A stretch of DNA of 64,000 nt, from NCBI GenBank assembly GCA_963783695.1, contig CAWAOM010000006.1:546888-610887 (forward strand), in the 5' to 3' direction. Shown here in pieces: positions 29,301-38,811 of this stretch; position 1 is the stretch's first letter; every line of letters starts with the position of its first letter. This DNA is from an uncultured Gammaproteobacteria bacterium. Lineage in GTDB: Bacteria; Pseudomonadota; Gammaproteobacteria; Steroidobacterales; BM003. The translations under genes were made by a program, and so were the position numbers. The notes beneath the pieces were generated by a model that saw only the letters and a list, made by a program, of their open reading frames with translations, had not been told where the DNA came from and did not search any database.

Positions 29301-31844
29301 CCTCAAATAAGCACGAATCGCCTCCAGGTGGCCACCCGTTTCCTTGGTGAAAATCTCCTTCAGAACCGGATCCATCTCGTCCAGTCCGGTCAATGTTGCG
29401 ACTTCCGCCTCGGCCTCGATCTGAGCGAGATCCGATAACTCGGCCGGCTCCGGTTCGGGCGGGACGAATTCGGTCGTGGTCGGGCTCGAAACGGCAAACG
29501 AATCCGCCAGCGCCACGGTCGGTTCTTCACCGCGCGCCAAAGCTTCCGCCTGGGCAATCAACCGTTGCAGCGCCGGCCCGGGATTGACACCGGTTTCGAG
29601 CTGCTCGATCAGTATGGGAAGCAAATCCAGCGATTGCCGCAACACCGAGAGCATGCCGGGCGTCCGTTGCAGCGTCCCGGCAATAATCCTGTTCAGCAGG
29701 TTTTCAATGACCCAGCCAAGCTCACCGATCGCCTCGGCCCCGACCATTCGCCCACTACCCTTGAGCGTGTGAAACGAGCGCCGCGAAACCGTCAGCGCGT
29801 CCGAATCCGCCGGGTCATCCAGCCACGCTGGCAGCCGTGTGGCCAACTGCCCCAGTTCGTCCTTGGCCTCTTCGATAAAGAGCTCGAGAATATCCGGGTC
29901 CGGTCCGGTCCCGTCCCTGGCAAGCCGCATCGCCACGAGCGCCGGTTTTTCCGCAGGTTCATCCTTCGGGGCAGGCTCCGGCAGTGGCGGCGGGAGCTCA
30001 ACCGGCGCCTCAGATTCGCCAATGACGCGGGTTTCCGCATCCGCGGCAACAGTGTCATCGTGGGCGCGATCGCCGAGCACCAGCGTCGCCTCCGGCGCTG
30101 CGTCGGGTAGTGGCATCGCCTCGGCCTGCGCGGCTGCATCTTCGAGAAATCTGAGACAACTCTCGGAGTTGTCGAGCATGTACCACGGGTCCGCGCGCCC
30201 GGCCTGGATAGTCTCGAGATAATATTCGAGGCTGACGATCGCGTCCGCCAGCCGATCGACCTTGCCACTGACCAGCGCGGGCTGATCCGCCTGGAACAGG
30301 CGCCGGGCCAGCTCACCGATTCGCTCGACGACAGCAACGGCGCGCGTGCGGTTCAACATCAGCAGCGCCGCAGTGATCCCGCGCAGGAGCGGCGGCAGAT
30401 TCTCCAGCACGGCGACATCCTGCGGCTGGTCGACCGCCTGGGTGATGGAATCCTTTACCCGCGTGAGATTGAGAATACACTCACGCACCACGGCTTCGGT
30501 AACCTGACGATACTCGCTTTCCTGATCACCTTCGTCCGGGTCCGGAAATGCCACCGGCACACCCACCGGCATGATCAGCCTCAGCAGTTGATCGTCAAGA
30601 CTGTCCTCGACGTGCAACAGCGTCGCGGCGATCCGCTCGAGTGCCGCATCCTCGGCCGCTGCGCTGCCATCGGACATGGCTTGCAGCGTGTCGAGCTCGG
30701 ACTGCACCCTGCCGCGCAATCCGCCCAACCCGAGTACACCCAGCGTATCGCTGATTTTCTTGAGCAGATCCGCCTGTCCGCCAAGCTCGTCGTGGGACTT
30801 CTTGCCAGTCCGGACGAATATGTCCAGCGTATCCTTGACCCGGGCAAGATCTTCCTTGATCGCGGCCGCCACCGTCTGCATCAACTTCACGCTCGGACCG
30901 GACAGGCTCTCGCGTGCGTGCTCGACCATCGCATCGGATGGGAGGAGATCGTCGAGTTCGAAGAGCTGGCGTACCAACCGCACCCGCTCACCCGTAGAAT
31001 CGGCGCGCGCGACGTAATACAGCAGGTTGTTCAGCAGTTCTTCACAACCATTGCCAAACAGACCGGCCTCGCCGCGGTCTATCAGCCGTTTGATCGCGCG
31101 GTCGGCCTGGCCAAGCAGCCGCTTTAGCGAGACGTTGCTGTCGAGCCCGGACTCGCGCAGTGCCTCCAGTACCGCCCCGACCACGAGCCACAGGCGATAA
31201 GACCGCTCATCGGTGGCGGCCTGCTCGAGCTTCTCCGCGACCTCAGCCAGCACTGCCAGATTCGCGTCACTGCGTTCGCCTTTGATCCAGCCGAGCAATG
31301 CCAACTGGAACCGCGGCCGCAACAGGCGTGCAAGCTGCACCGGATCGACATCGTTTATCGGCTCGCGGCGGGTTGGAGCAAATGCCGCGGATTTCTGCGC
31401 CGGTGTGATATTCAGTAACAGCAGCGTGCCTTCCGATAAGAGCGGCTGGCCACGAACGGCGCGCAGGTCGTTGAGCAAGGGCAACAGGACCAGCGCGATA
31501 TCCCGGCCGCCACCGACAAGCCTCTCCAGGTAGGCCGGAAGCTGAACCATCGCCCGAGTCAGTGCATCAAGCGTTTCTTCCTCGTTTTTTACGGCGCTAC
31601 CTCCCTTGAGCAGATACTGCGCTGCCTTCTCCATCTCCTCCGCCAGCAGCGCCGCGCCATAGACTTCGACCATCCGCAGCACGCCCTGGATCACATGGCA
31701 GCGCTGCACGAACGACTCCAGCGAGCGCCTGTTGCCCCCGCCCTCGATATAGTCTTCGAGCGCGAGCCGTGCGTCCTGCACAGCCGCGCCAAGGTCTTTA
31801 CTGACCCACTGAAGGGATTCTGAGCCGGGATGTTCCATCGCCAC
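26313..31844 (-). CDS. chpA: Multi-Hpt CheA-like kinase/response regulator ChpA
   Basis: Hpt motifs (HTLKGSG, HTLSGSA, HTLKGGA), HMLRNAVVHG, GRGVGMD, CheW and C-terminal REC (LLDIEMP). Confidence 0.95.
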   Translation of the reverse strand: MAMEHPGSESLQWVSKDLGAAVQDARLALEDYIEGGGNRRSLESFVQRCHVIQGVLRMVEVYGAALLAEEMEKAAQYLLKGGSAVKNEEETLDALTRAMVQLPAYLERLVGGGRDIALVLLPLLNDLRAVRGQPLLSEGTLLLLNITPAQKSAAFAPTRREPINDVDPVQLARLLRPRFQLALLGWIKGERSDANLAVLAEVAEKLEQAATDERSYRLWLVVGAVLEALRESGLDSNVSLKRLLGQADRAIKRLIDRGEAGLFGNGCEELLNNLLYYVARADSTGERVRLVRQLFELDDLLPSDAMVEHARESLSGPSVKLMQTVAAAIKEDLARVKDTLDIFVRTGKKSHDELGGQADLLKKISDTLGVLGLGGLRGRVQSELDTLQAMSDGSAAAEDAALERIAATLLHVEDSLDDQLLRLIMPVGVPVAFPDPDEGDQESEYRQVTEAVVRECILNLTRVKDSITQAVDQPQDVAVLENLPPLLRGITAALLMLNRTRAVAVVERIGELARRLFQADQPALVSGKVDRLADAIVSLEYYLETIQAGRADPWYMLDNSESCLRFLEDAAAQAEAMPLPDAAPEATLVLGDRAHDDTVAADAETRVIGESEAPVELPPPLPEPAPKDEPAEKPALVAMRLARDGTGPDPDILELFIEEAKDELGQLATRLPAWLDDPADSDALTVSRRSFHTLKGSGRMVGAEAIGELGWVIENLLNRIIAGTLQRTPGMLSVLRQSLDLLPILIEQLETGVNPGPALQRLIAQAEALARGEEPTVALADSFAVSSPTTTEFVPPEPEPAELSDLAQIEAEAEVATLTGLDEMDPVLKEIFTKETGGHLEAIRAYLRDCESFGAPYSITEALHRSCHTLSGSANMAGVAVAVEVATPWNAYLRKLYDTGLGLSAEGLETCEAVVAAMEAIVARLKHGFGDVPDVESLVARIGWLDAEFERNAHEYQPAAPASGDGAAATPEFDTEIAAIFCEEATELLEAAEQSFASWSFDWSDEEAIAELRRHLHTLKGGARMAGLRPMGDLSHEMETLLIRVGGGDIETGEKLRAVFQRGIDELHRMREAVADGVYPQPGTDVTDAIRGFLPGAVAEASEPAEPVVTEQPAAGTREQHSDVVGETADDAASATVAADQLSAGEDATDDGDHGVTRDAVAAEQDGESEDSVATDDTAVGEDVVAAGDALEEKDRGEAEPLSITTVAGVAPVKSQGDDSGAASEIAASRQGRGEQRGEVARVDADLLEELLNNAGEISIFRSRLDQQVKSVEFNLAELAQTVSRLKDQLRNLEIETEAQIIHRHQSEIEGAGDFDPLELDRYSLIQQLSRALAETASDVDSIRSLMHGQIRDADALLVQQGRVTTALQHGLMRTRMVPFERHGARLGRVVRQVAAEVGKRAELELHGGGELDRQVLERMLSPLEHMLRNAVVHGIEFPQQRRAAGKPETGRITANVRREGAEVLVEIGDDGSGLDIAAIRENAVARGLVGADKIRTDQQAIQFIFEPGFSTAAELTQAAGRGVGMDVVANEVRRLGGSISVTTEQGKGTSFLVRLPFTLAIAQAMIVRVNDEYYALPLTSVEGIARIPREELLAKLEQPDPVYEYGGEDYRFQYLAQYVGADIPALAEDSPSVPVVLVRAGEYSTALIGDELLGSREVVVKSVGPQLATIDGIAGATIMGDGRIAIILDAPTLLRTAVQPAASASAAELEDDRTFVLVVDDSITVRRVTQRLLERNGMRVQTAKDGVDAMAILQEHHPDIILLDIEMPRMDGYELAGNIRNDSRLENIPIIMITSRVGSKHRARAIELGVDDYLGKPYQEAQLLDAIEPLVSVGREGNERLR

Positions 31845-31867
31845 CAGTCTATGCCGCCGGGTCTGCC

Positions 31868-33178
31868 TCAGACCGCTCTGACTTTGGGATCGGGATCGCC
31901 ATCGCCCGCATCGGGTTTAGTGATCCGCGGTACCTCTTTGCCCACCAGGACACCGGTTCCGGTCTCGAAATCGGGTAGCCGGAATCCGGAGACCGACGTT
32001 CGCAACTGGGTCGCAAGCTCCGACAGCTTGCTGATCGAAGCCGATGCAGCGCTGGTGCTGTCCGCGGTCTGCGAACTGATCTCGCGCAAAACGCTCATGT
32101 TGCGGCTGATGTCACCGGCCGAAGTCGTTAGCTGGCGCCCGGTGCCGGAGATGTTCTGCACCAGGCTGGCAATCTGATTGGAGACCTGCTCGATCTCCTC
32201 CAGCGCAGCGCCCGCGTTCTCGGCCAGCAGAGCACCGCCCACGACATCCGTCGTACTCCGTTCCATTGATACGACGGCCTCGTTGGTATCGGTCTGGATC
32301 GTCCGCACCAGCACCTCAATCTGTTTGGTTGCATTGGCCGACCGCTCCGCAAGACGCTGGACTTCATCGGCAACGACCGCAAAACCGCGACCCGCCTCAC
32401 CGGCCATCGACGCCTGGATCGACGCATTCAGCGCCAGAATATTGGTTTGCTCGGCGATATCGTTGATCAGTTCCACAATATTGCCGATCTCTTGCGAACT
32501 CTCGCCAAGGCGTTTGATCCGCTTGGAAGTATCCTGAATGGTCTCGCGAATCGTATTCATACCCTCGATGGTTCGGCGCACGGCTTCGCCGCCCTTGTGA
32601 GCGACGTCGACGGAATGGCGCGCCACATCGGAGGACCGTTCGGCGTTACCGGACACTTCCTCGATCGAATGGGCCATCTGCGCAACGGAATCATTCGCCG
32701 ATGCAATCTGCTGCGACTGCTGCTCACTGGCCTTGGCCAGGTGCACAGAGGTTGCTTCGGTCTGTTTCGCTGCCGCATCGACCATGATGGCCGAATCGTT
32801 GATGGTTGCGACCAGTTCGCGCAGCGCCTCGATCGCGTAGTTAATCGAATCGGCGATCGCGCCGGTGATGTCTTCCGTGACGGTCGCCTGCACGGTCAGA
32901 TCGCCGTCGGCGAGATTCGAGAGTTCATCCAGCAGGCGCAGGATCGCCTGCTGATTGCGATCGTTCTGTTGCGCCTGTACGGCCGCGATCTGACGAACAT
33001 TTCCGGCGCGAATATAGAGCCAGCCAATTACCACCAGGACAGCGAAAGCGGCCGCACACAGCAGCGCCGGCAGCGTCGCGCCGCTAAGCCCCGCAATGAC
33101 ACCGGCACCCGCCAGCAGCAGTGCCAGCGCCACGGTCAGCCACGGTATCAAGTCCATTCCTCTGGATTGCTCTGACAT
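31868..33178 (-). CDS. pilJ: Methyl-accepting chemotaxis protein PilJ (short form)
   Basis: NQQAILRLLDEL..LADGDL PilJ signature; IAEQTNILALNA, GRGFAVVADEV. Confidence 0.92.
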   Translation of the reverse strand: MSEQSRGMDLIPWLTVALALLLAGAGVIAGLSGATLPALLCAAAFAVLVVIGWLYIRAGNVRQIAAVQAQQNDRNQQAILRLLDELSNLADGDLTVQATVTEDITGAIADSINYAIEALRELVATINDSAIMVDAAAKQTEATSVHLAKASEQQSQQIASANDSVAQMAHSIEEVSGNAERSSDVARHSVDVAHKGGEAVRRTIEGMNTIRETIQDTSKRIKRLGESSQEIGNIVELINDIAEQTNILALNASIQASMAGEAGRGFAVVADEVQRLAERSANATKQIEVLVRTIQTDTNEAVVSMERSTTDVVGGALLAENAGAALEEIEQVSNQIASLVQNISGTGRQLTTSAGDISRNMSVLREISSQTADSTSAASASISKLSELATQLRTSVSGFRLPDFETGTGVLVGKEVPRITKPDAGDGDPDPKVRAV

Positions 33179-33217
33179 AGTCAACTCACGTGTTATTGCA
33201 AAAGGCCACGTTTACAC

Positions 33218-33778
33218 TCATGCGGCTACTTTCATAAATTGCGGCGATTCCACCAACTGGATCAAACTGAATACAGGCCAGGCCTCCTGGCCGCGGCGAT
33301 AGGCGCCGGTCAGATATCTGTCACAACGCAGAATCGTCGGCGCCCACTCGTCAATGAACTCGCTGGCCGAAAAACGCCGGAAACCCATGACCTCATCCAC
33401 GACGAGGCCTGCCGGAAATTCGCGGTGATTGGCCACCAGTACACGGGTCAGGCGGTCGGGGATCGTTGCCGCACCGCCAAGATAACCCTTGAGGTCGAAA
33501 ATCGGGATCAGCTGACCGCGCACATTGGCAAGACCCGTAACCCAGCCGCGCGCACCCGGTACTCGCGTTATCGACGCCGGGTAGGTGAGAACCTCGCGCG
33601 TCTCGTCACGCGGCGCGACAAATCTCTCGCCACCGAGGCGAAATGCAATACCGACTCTCTCAGCGTCCGCGGCAGCGCCGGCGCCATGCCCGGCCGCTAC
33701 TGCGCGGCTACGCCGCTCGAGTTCCAGTAAAAGCTCGAAGGGCCGGCTGGCCAGGCTGTTCAGTCTTGTCGATTCCAC
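33218..33778 (-). CDS. pilI: CheW-like adaptor PilI
   Basis: TRVPGA..W..GLANVRGQL, LVVDEVMG. Confidence 0.9.
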   Translation of the reverse strand: MESTRLNSLASRPFELLLELERRSRAVAAGHGAGAAADAERVGIAFRLGGERFVAPRDETREVLTYPASITRVPGARGWVTGLANVRGQLIPIFDLKGYLGGAATIPDRLTRVLVANHREFPAGLVVDEVMGFRRFSASEFIDEWAPTILRCDRYLTGAYRRGQEAWPVFSLIQLVESPQFMKVAA

Positions 33779-33785
33779 TGCCCGC

Positions 33786-34151
33786 TTACCCTGCCAGCGC
33801 CTGGCGGACCCCCTCGACAAGTTCGCTTTCTGCAACCGGTTTCACCAAATAGGCGACTGCGCCCTGACGCATGCCCCATATCCGGTCGGTTTTTTCCCCT
33901 TTCGTCGTGACCATCACCACCGGGATGGCCGAAGTCGCCGGATTGCGCGACAACTCGCGGGTCGCCTGGAACCCGTTGATCCCGGGCATGACCACATCCA
34001 TCAAAATCAGATCGGGCCGACGCTCGGCAGCCAGCCGCAGTCCGGCCTCGCCATCCTCGGCGATAACGGTCTCGAAACCATGCCGTTGCAGCATTTGCTG
34101 CATCACATGCAGTTCGGTCGGCGAATCGTCAACTATCAGTATCAAGGCCAA
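33786..34151 (-). CDS. pilH: Response regulator PilH
   Basis: ILIVDDSPTE, MDVVMPGINGFQATR, WGMRQGA; TTG start. Confidence 0.93.
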   Translation of the reverse strand: MALILIVDDSPTELHVMQQMLQRHGFETVIAEDGEAGLRLAAERRPDLILMDVVMPGINGFQATRELSRNPATSAIPVVMVTTKGEKTDRIWGMRQGAVAYLVKPVAESELVEGVRQALAG

Positions 34152-34173
34152 AATAATGCCCTCGTCTCTCCTT

Positions 34174-34569
34174 TCACCGGCTGACGTGGCTGTCAATCGC
34201 CGACAGCAGCTCGTCCTTGGTGAAAGGCTTGGTCAGGTACTGCTCGGAGCCCACGATCCGGCCCCTGGCACGATCAAAAAGCCCGTCCTTGCTTGAAAGC
34301 ATGATGACCGGCGTTTCCCGGAAAACCTTGTTGTGCTTGATCAACGAGCAGGTTTGATAGCCATCGAGCCGTGGCATCATGATGTCAACGAAAATGATGT
34401 CGGGCTGATGATCGGCTATCTTGGACAAGGCATCGAAACCGTCAACGGCGGTAAATACCTCGCATCCTTCTTTCGTGAGCAAGGTCTCGGCCGTTCGCCG
34501 AATTGTCTTACTGTCATCGATGACGAGGATTTTCAGACCCTTCAGGCTGTTCGCAACACTATCGTTCAC
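34174..34569 (-). CDS. pilG: Response regulator PilG
   Basis: DDSKTIRRTAETLL, VDIMMPRLDGYQTC, SSKDGLFDRARG. Confidence 0.96.
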   Translation of the reverse strand: MNDSVANSLKGLKILVIDDSKTIRRTAETLLTKEGCEVFTAVDGFDALSKIADHQPDIIFVDIMMPRLDGYQTCSLIKHNKVFRETPVIMLSSKDGLFDRARGRIVGSEQYLTKPFTKDELLSAIDSHVSR

Positions 34570-34822
34570 GACGTTTTTCCCTCGCGAAGCTCCGCGCGTA
34601 TCAAGAAACCCTCCCGCTGGCGCGCCCTGCCCGGGAACCGGGCAGCTGGCGAGGCGCTACAGAATCCTGCCAAACGGGGTTAGCTGGGCCTTTTAACATA
34701 TTGAGGCAAAAGCTGCCATTGCCTGGTTCGCAGGTCTGAAATCGCCCTCGAACGGGCGGCTCGTTGTATCATCGCCGCCACCGCCGGGCGCGCGGCAAAC
34801 TGTCCTCACAGGAGTGGTTACG

Positions 34823-35785
34823 ATGGAATCGGGCAACCGCACACTCGGGGTCGTCATGGACCCCATCGAAAAAATAAAACCCTACAAGGACACCACTTTG
34901 GCGATGCTGCTCGAAGCCCAGCATCGCGGCTGGCGCCTGCAGTACATGCAGCCGGGCGATTTGTATGTCCGCGACGGCGAGGCGCGCGCGCGGATGCGCG
35001 GTCTCCGGGTCAGCGACGACAACGAGCACTGGTTCGAGTTGGCGCAACCCGCCGACATGCCACTCCACGACCTGGGCCTGGTGCTGATGCGCAAGGATCC
35101 GCCTTTCGACATGGAGTATGTCTACACTACCTACATACTCGAGCGCGCGGAAATGCGTGGCACGGTGATCCTCAACAGCCCGGCCGGTCTTCGCGACATC
35201 AATGAAAAAGCCTACACCGCGTGGTTCCCGCAGTGCTGCCCGGCCAACCTGATCACCTGCTCGATCGAGCGACTTCGCGAATTCCTCGCTGAGAACGGGA
35301 AGATCGTGGTCAAACCCCTGGACGTGATGGGCGGTCAGTCGATTTTCCTGGTCCAGCAGGACGACCTGAATACCAACGTGATTTTCGAAGTCATGACCGC
35401 GAACGGTCAGCATTTCGTCCAGGCACAAGCCTACATCCCGGAAATCGTCACTGGCGGCGACAAGCGAATTCTGCTGATCGAGGGGCAGCCGGTCGAGAAA
35501 GTCCTCGCCCGTATTCCGCCGCCGGGCGACGCCCGCGGCAATATGGCAGTCGGCGGTACAACCGAAGGACGCGACATCTCGGACCGGGACCGATGGATTT
35601 GCGAGCAGGTCGGGCCGGTGTTGCGAGAGAAAGGGATCATCTTTGCCGGCCTCGACGTCATCGGAGACTTTATGACCGAGGTCAACGTCACCAGCCCGAC
35701 TGGCATCCGTGAACTCGACAAGCTCTATGGGCTGAACATTGCAGGGGAGCTGTTCAATGTTCTGGAAAGCCGTTTAGCGAATTGA
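34823..35785 (+). CDS. gshB: Glutathione synthetase
   Basis: VMDPI, KDTT, MRKDPPFD, GDKRI, EVNVTSPT; divergent from pilG as is usual. Confidence 0.96.
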   Translation: MESGNRTLGVVMDPIEKIKPYKDTTLAMLLEAQHRGWRLQYMQPGDLYVRDGEARARMRGLRVSDDNEHWFELAQPADMPLHDLGLVLMRKDPPFDMEYVYTTYILERAEMRGTVILNSPAGLRDINEKAYTAWFPQCCPANLITCSIERLREFLAENGKIVVKPLDVMGGQSIFLVQQDDLNTNVIFEVMTANGQHFVQAQAYIPEIVTGGDKRILLIEGQPVEKVLARIPPPGDARGNMAVGGTTEGRDISDRDRWICEQVGPVLREKGIIFAGLDVIGDFMTEVNVTSPTGIRELDKLYGLNIAGELFNVLESRLAN

Positions 35786-35864
35786 TTCATCTCGAAAAAG
35801 TCGACTGGGTCAAGGCTTTTCCAGAGATTATCGATATATAATCCCGGCAGCATGAGTCGCAGGG

Positions 35865-36800
35865 GTGCGTCGCCTGCCAACAGCAGGTGCTCCGGTAGTG
35901 AAACTCGAAGCGGATAAACAGGCTGGCGATCGCTTCGCCACAACCGTGTTCCTTGCGGGGCTGCTGCATGGCATGTTCGTGCTCGGGGTGACCTTCGGCG
36001 TTGCCGACAATGACGCCACCACCACCAACCCGAGCATCGAAGTCGTGCTTTTGTCCGACCCCGATATGGTCGAAATGCAGCCGGATAGCGCCGACTACCT
36101 GGCCCAGGCGAATCAGCGGGGCGCCGGCAACACGGCTGAATTGACGCGCCCTTCATCGGCGACCGCCGCGCCGCTCGATCTGGCTGGCGACAGCGACAAC
36201 ACCGACCTCCGGGTCAGCGAAACCGCGCCGACCAGCAACGAGATCGAGTCGCTCCACGCGAGAGCGGATGACGAGCCGGATATCCGTATTCCCGACGACT
36301 CGGCTGAAGAAACCGCGCTAAGAGAACAACGGCTGGCGCAAATGCAGGCGTCACCGCAACAATTGCTCAACGATTCACAACAAGCGCCCGATCCGCGCAT
36401 CTCCGGCGACGAATCGAGAGAATTGTTCGTCGCCGTCAATACCCGCCGCTCCGACGTGGCGGAATACCTCGATGGCTGGCGCCGCAAGATCGAGCGCGTC
36501 GGCACGCTGAACTTCCCGGCTGATGCCCAAAGCAGCGGCTGGACGGGAAACCCGACCCTGGAGGTCGCGGTCCGCGCCGATGGCACACTGGAGGAAATCG
36601 TCGTTCGCCGATCCTCGGGCCATCGCCGGCTCGACCAGGCAGCGTTGGAAATTCTCCGTCTCGCGGCACCGTTTGACCCGTTTCCCGAGCGCTTCAAGGC
36701 AAATTACGACGTATTGCGATTCGCTTACGAATGGCAGTTCATAGGCGGACAAATCGTCGACGCGAACATGCGTGTGACCACCACGATCGACGACAGCTGA
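35865..36800 (+). CDS. TonB family protein (TonB3-like)
   Basis: TM with His, YLAQANQ.G.G, C-terminal TonB domain (WRRKIERVG, SSGHRRLDQAA, AAPFDPFP); start uncertain. Confidence 0.85.
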   Translation: MRRLPTAGAPVVKLEADKQAGDRFATTVFLAGLLHGMFVLGVTFGVADNDATTTNPSIEVVLLSDPDMVEMQPDSADYLAQANQRGAGNTAELTRPSSATAAPLDLAGDSDNTDLRVSETAPTSNEIESLHARADDEPDIRIPDDSAEETALREQRLAQMQASPQQLLNDSQQAPDPRISGDESRELFVAVNTRRSDVAEYLDGWRRKIERVGTLNFPADAQSSGWTGNPTLEVAVRADGTLEEIVVRRSSGHRRLDQAALEILRLAAPFDPFPERFKANYDVLRFAYEWQFIGGQIVDANMRVTTTIDDS

Positions 36801-36851
36801 AACGACCCGTCGCTGCCGTGACCAGGCGATCCCGGCACGGTACCATGAGGC

Positions 36852-37415
36852 ATGGCTGAAAGTTCCTATCTGGGCGGCCAGTTCCTGATTGCCATGCCCG
36901 CGTTGTCCGATCCGAATTTCAACCGGACTGTCAGTTATATCTGTGAACACAGCGACCAGGGCGCCCTGGGCATCATCATCAATCGCCCCTCCGATTTGCT
37001 GCTCGGCGATATTCTGGACCAGCTCGCATTAGTGGCCGCGACCCCGGATCTGCACCAGGAGGCCATTTACATGGGAGGCCCGGTGCAGCAGGACCGCGGC
37101 TTCGTGGTCCATGACGGGGTGACCGAGTGGGACTCCAGCATGACCATCGCTGACGGTGTGCAGGTAACGACCTCGCGCGACATCCTCGCCGCGATTGCCA
37201 CCGGGGACGGCCCCGAGAACCGCCTTATTGCGCTGGGTTATGCCGGCTGGGGCGCCGGTCAGCTCGAACGCGAGATTGCCGCTAACGCCTGGCTCAGCGT
37301 TCGTGCCGATTCGTCAATCCTGTTCGATACGCCCCATGGCGCGCGTTATCAGGCGGCCGCCAACCTCCTTGGCGTCGACCTCGCCTTGCTCAGCACGGAG
37401 AGCGGGCACGCGTGA
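36852..37415 (+). CDS. yqgE: YqgE/AlgH family protein
   Basis: FLIAMP, DPNF, GGPV, GYAGWGAGQLE. Confidence 0.95.
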   Translation: MAESSYLGGQFLIAMPALSDPNFNRTVSYICEHSDQGALGIIINRPSDLLLGDILDQLALVAATPDLHQEAIYMGGPVQQDRGFVVHDGVTEWDSSMTIADGVQVTTSRDILAAIATGDGPENRLIALGYAGWGAGQLEREIAANAWLSVRADSSILFDTPHGARYQAAANLLGVDLALLSTESGHA

Positions 37416-37855
37416 CTGCGACCGCGGAGGGCATGGTCGTGCTCGGTTTTGACTTCGGCATGCGCCGCATCGGTGTGGCAATTGGCAACCTCGTTACCGC
37501 AACCGCCGCGCCCCTGGAAACCATCCACTGCAGCGGTTCGGAATGGGAAGCAATTTCTTCCTTTATCGACGAGTGGCAACCGCGCGCGCTCATCGTAGGC
37601 CTGCCGTATAATGCCGACGGCACCGAATCGGTGATGACGCGCCGCGCTCGACGTTTCGCGCGCCAGTTGAATGGCAGCTTTGGCTTGCCCGTGCACCTGG
37701 TCGACGAGCGCTGGACGTCGCGAGAGGCCGCCGCGGATCTGCGTCAGCAGCGCCGTAGTGGCGCGCGGCGCAAACGGGTGCAACCCGACGAGATCGATCG
37801 CCAGGCCGCCCGACTGATCCTGGAATCGTGGCTCAGCAACCGGCAGGACGGATAA
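37412..37855 (+). CDS. yqgF: YqgF/RuvX pre-16S rRNA nuclease
   Basis: GFDFG.RRIGVA, VGLP, VDERWTS. Confidence 0.95.
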   Translation: MTATAEGMVVLGFDFGMRRIGVAIGNLVTATAAPLETIHCSGSEWEAISSFIDEWQPRALIVGLPYNADGTESVMTRRARRFARQLNGSFGLPVHLVDERWTSREAAADLRQQRRSGARRKRVQPDEIDRQAARLILESWLSNRQDG

Positions 37856-37857
37856 CG

Positions 37858-38811
37858 ATGGAAGAGCAGTTTGATGGCGCAGGCCGACTGCGGCATCTGA
37901 TTAGCCTGGAACATTTCGATTGCGAACGCCTCAACGCCCTGCTGGACAAGGCGACGGGGTATTTGCGCCCGGCCGGCGAATTACCGGCCCAGGAGAATCG
38001 CTTCGCCGGACGCACGGTGGCAAATCTGTTCTTCGAACCCAGCACCCGGACCCGCGCCTCTTTCGAACTGGCCGCCAAACGCCTCGGCCTGCATGTGCTC
38101 AACCTCGACGTGCGCATGTCATCGCGGAGCAAGGGCGAGAGCATCCTCGACACCGTTTACACGCTCGAGGCAATGGGTTCGGATATTTTTGTGCTGCGCG
38201 ATTCGGAACCGGGTGTACCCGCATTTATCGCGGCACACGTCGAACCGCATGTCAGTGTCCTGTCGGCCGGCGAGGCCGATGTTTCGCACCCGACCCAGGG
38301 CCTGCTTGACACCTTGACGATACGCCAGCACAAGCCAGACATTGCAAACTGCGTCGTCACGCTGATTGGCGACATCAGTCACTCGCGGGTCGCACGGTCG
38401 GTTTGCCAGGCGCTGACAATCCTCGGCGCAAACCAGATCCGGTTGGTGGCACCCGCGGCGTTCATGCCGGATGATGACAGGTTTCCCGGCACCGAACGCT
38501 TTAATGAAATCGAGCCAGCCCTGCGCGATGCCGACGTCGTTATGGCACTTCGTATTCAGCGCGAGCGCATGAGCCAGGCCAGCATTCCCGATGCGGGCGA
38601 GTACTTCAAACAATACGGGCTTACCGCCGAACGGCTCGCACTGGCTCACCCGGACGCGATTGTCATGCACCCGGGCCCCATGAACCGGGGCGTGGAAATT
38701 TCCAGCGACGTTGCCGATGGCCCGCATTCGGTGATCCGGCGCCAGGTGTGCAACGGGGTTGCCGTGCGGATGGCGGTGATGGCAACCGTACTCGAGACAC
38801 TCCACCCATGA
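37858..38811 (+). CDS. pyrB: Aspartate carbamoyltransferase catalytic subunit
   Basis: FFEPSTRTR, HPTQGLLD, GDISHSRV, MHPGPMNRG. Confidence 0.96.
   Translation: MEEQFDGAGRLRHLISLEHFDCERLNALLDKATGYLRPAGELPAQENRFAGRTVANLFFEPSTRTRASFELAAKRLGLHVLNLDVRMSSRSKGESILDTVYTLEAMGSDIFVLRDSEPGVPAFIAAHVEPHVSVLSAGEADVSHPTQGLLDTLTIRQHKPDIANCVVTLIGDISHSRVARSVCQALTILGANQIRLVAPAAFMPDDDRFPGTERFNEIEPALRDADVVMALRIQRERMSQASIPDAGEYFKQYGLTAERLALAHPDAIVMHPGPMNRGVEISSDVADGPHSVIRRQVCNGVAVRMAVMATVLETLHP

Noticed and set aside
34670-34720. XerD-like half site TTTAACATA (possible dif)
   Set aside because: No XerC half site at the correct spacing; lies in the pilG/gshB promoter region
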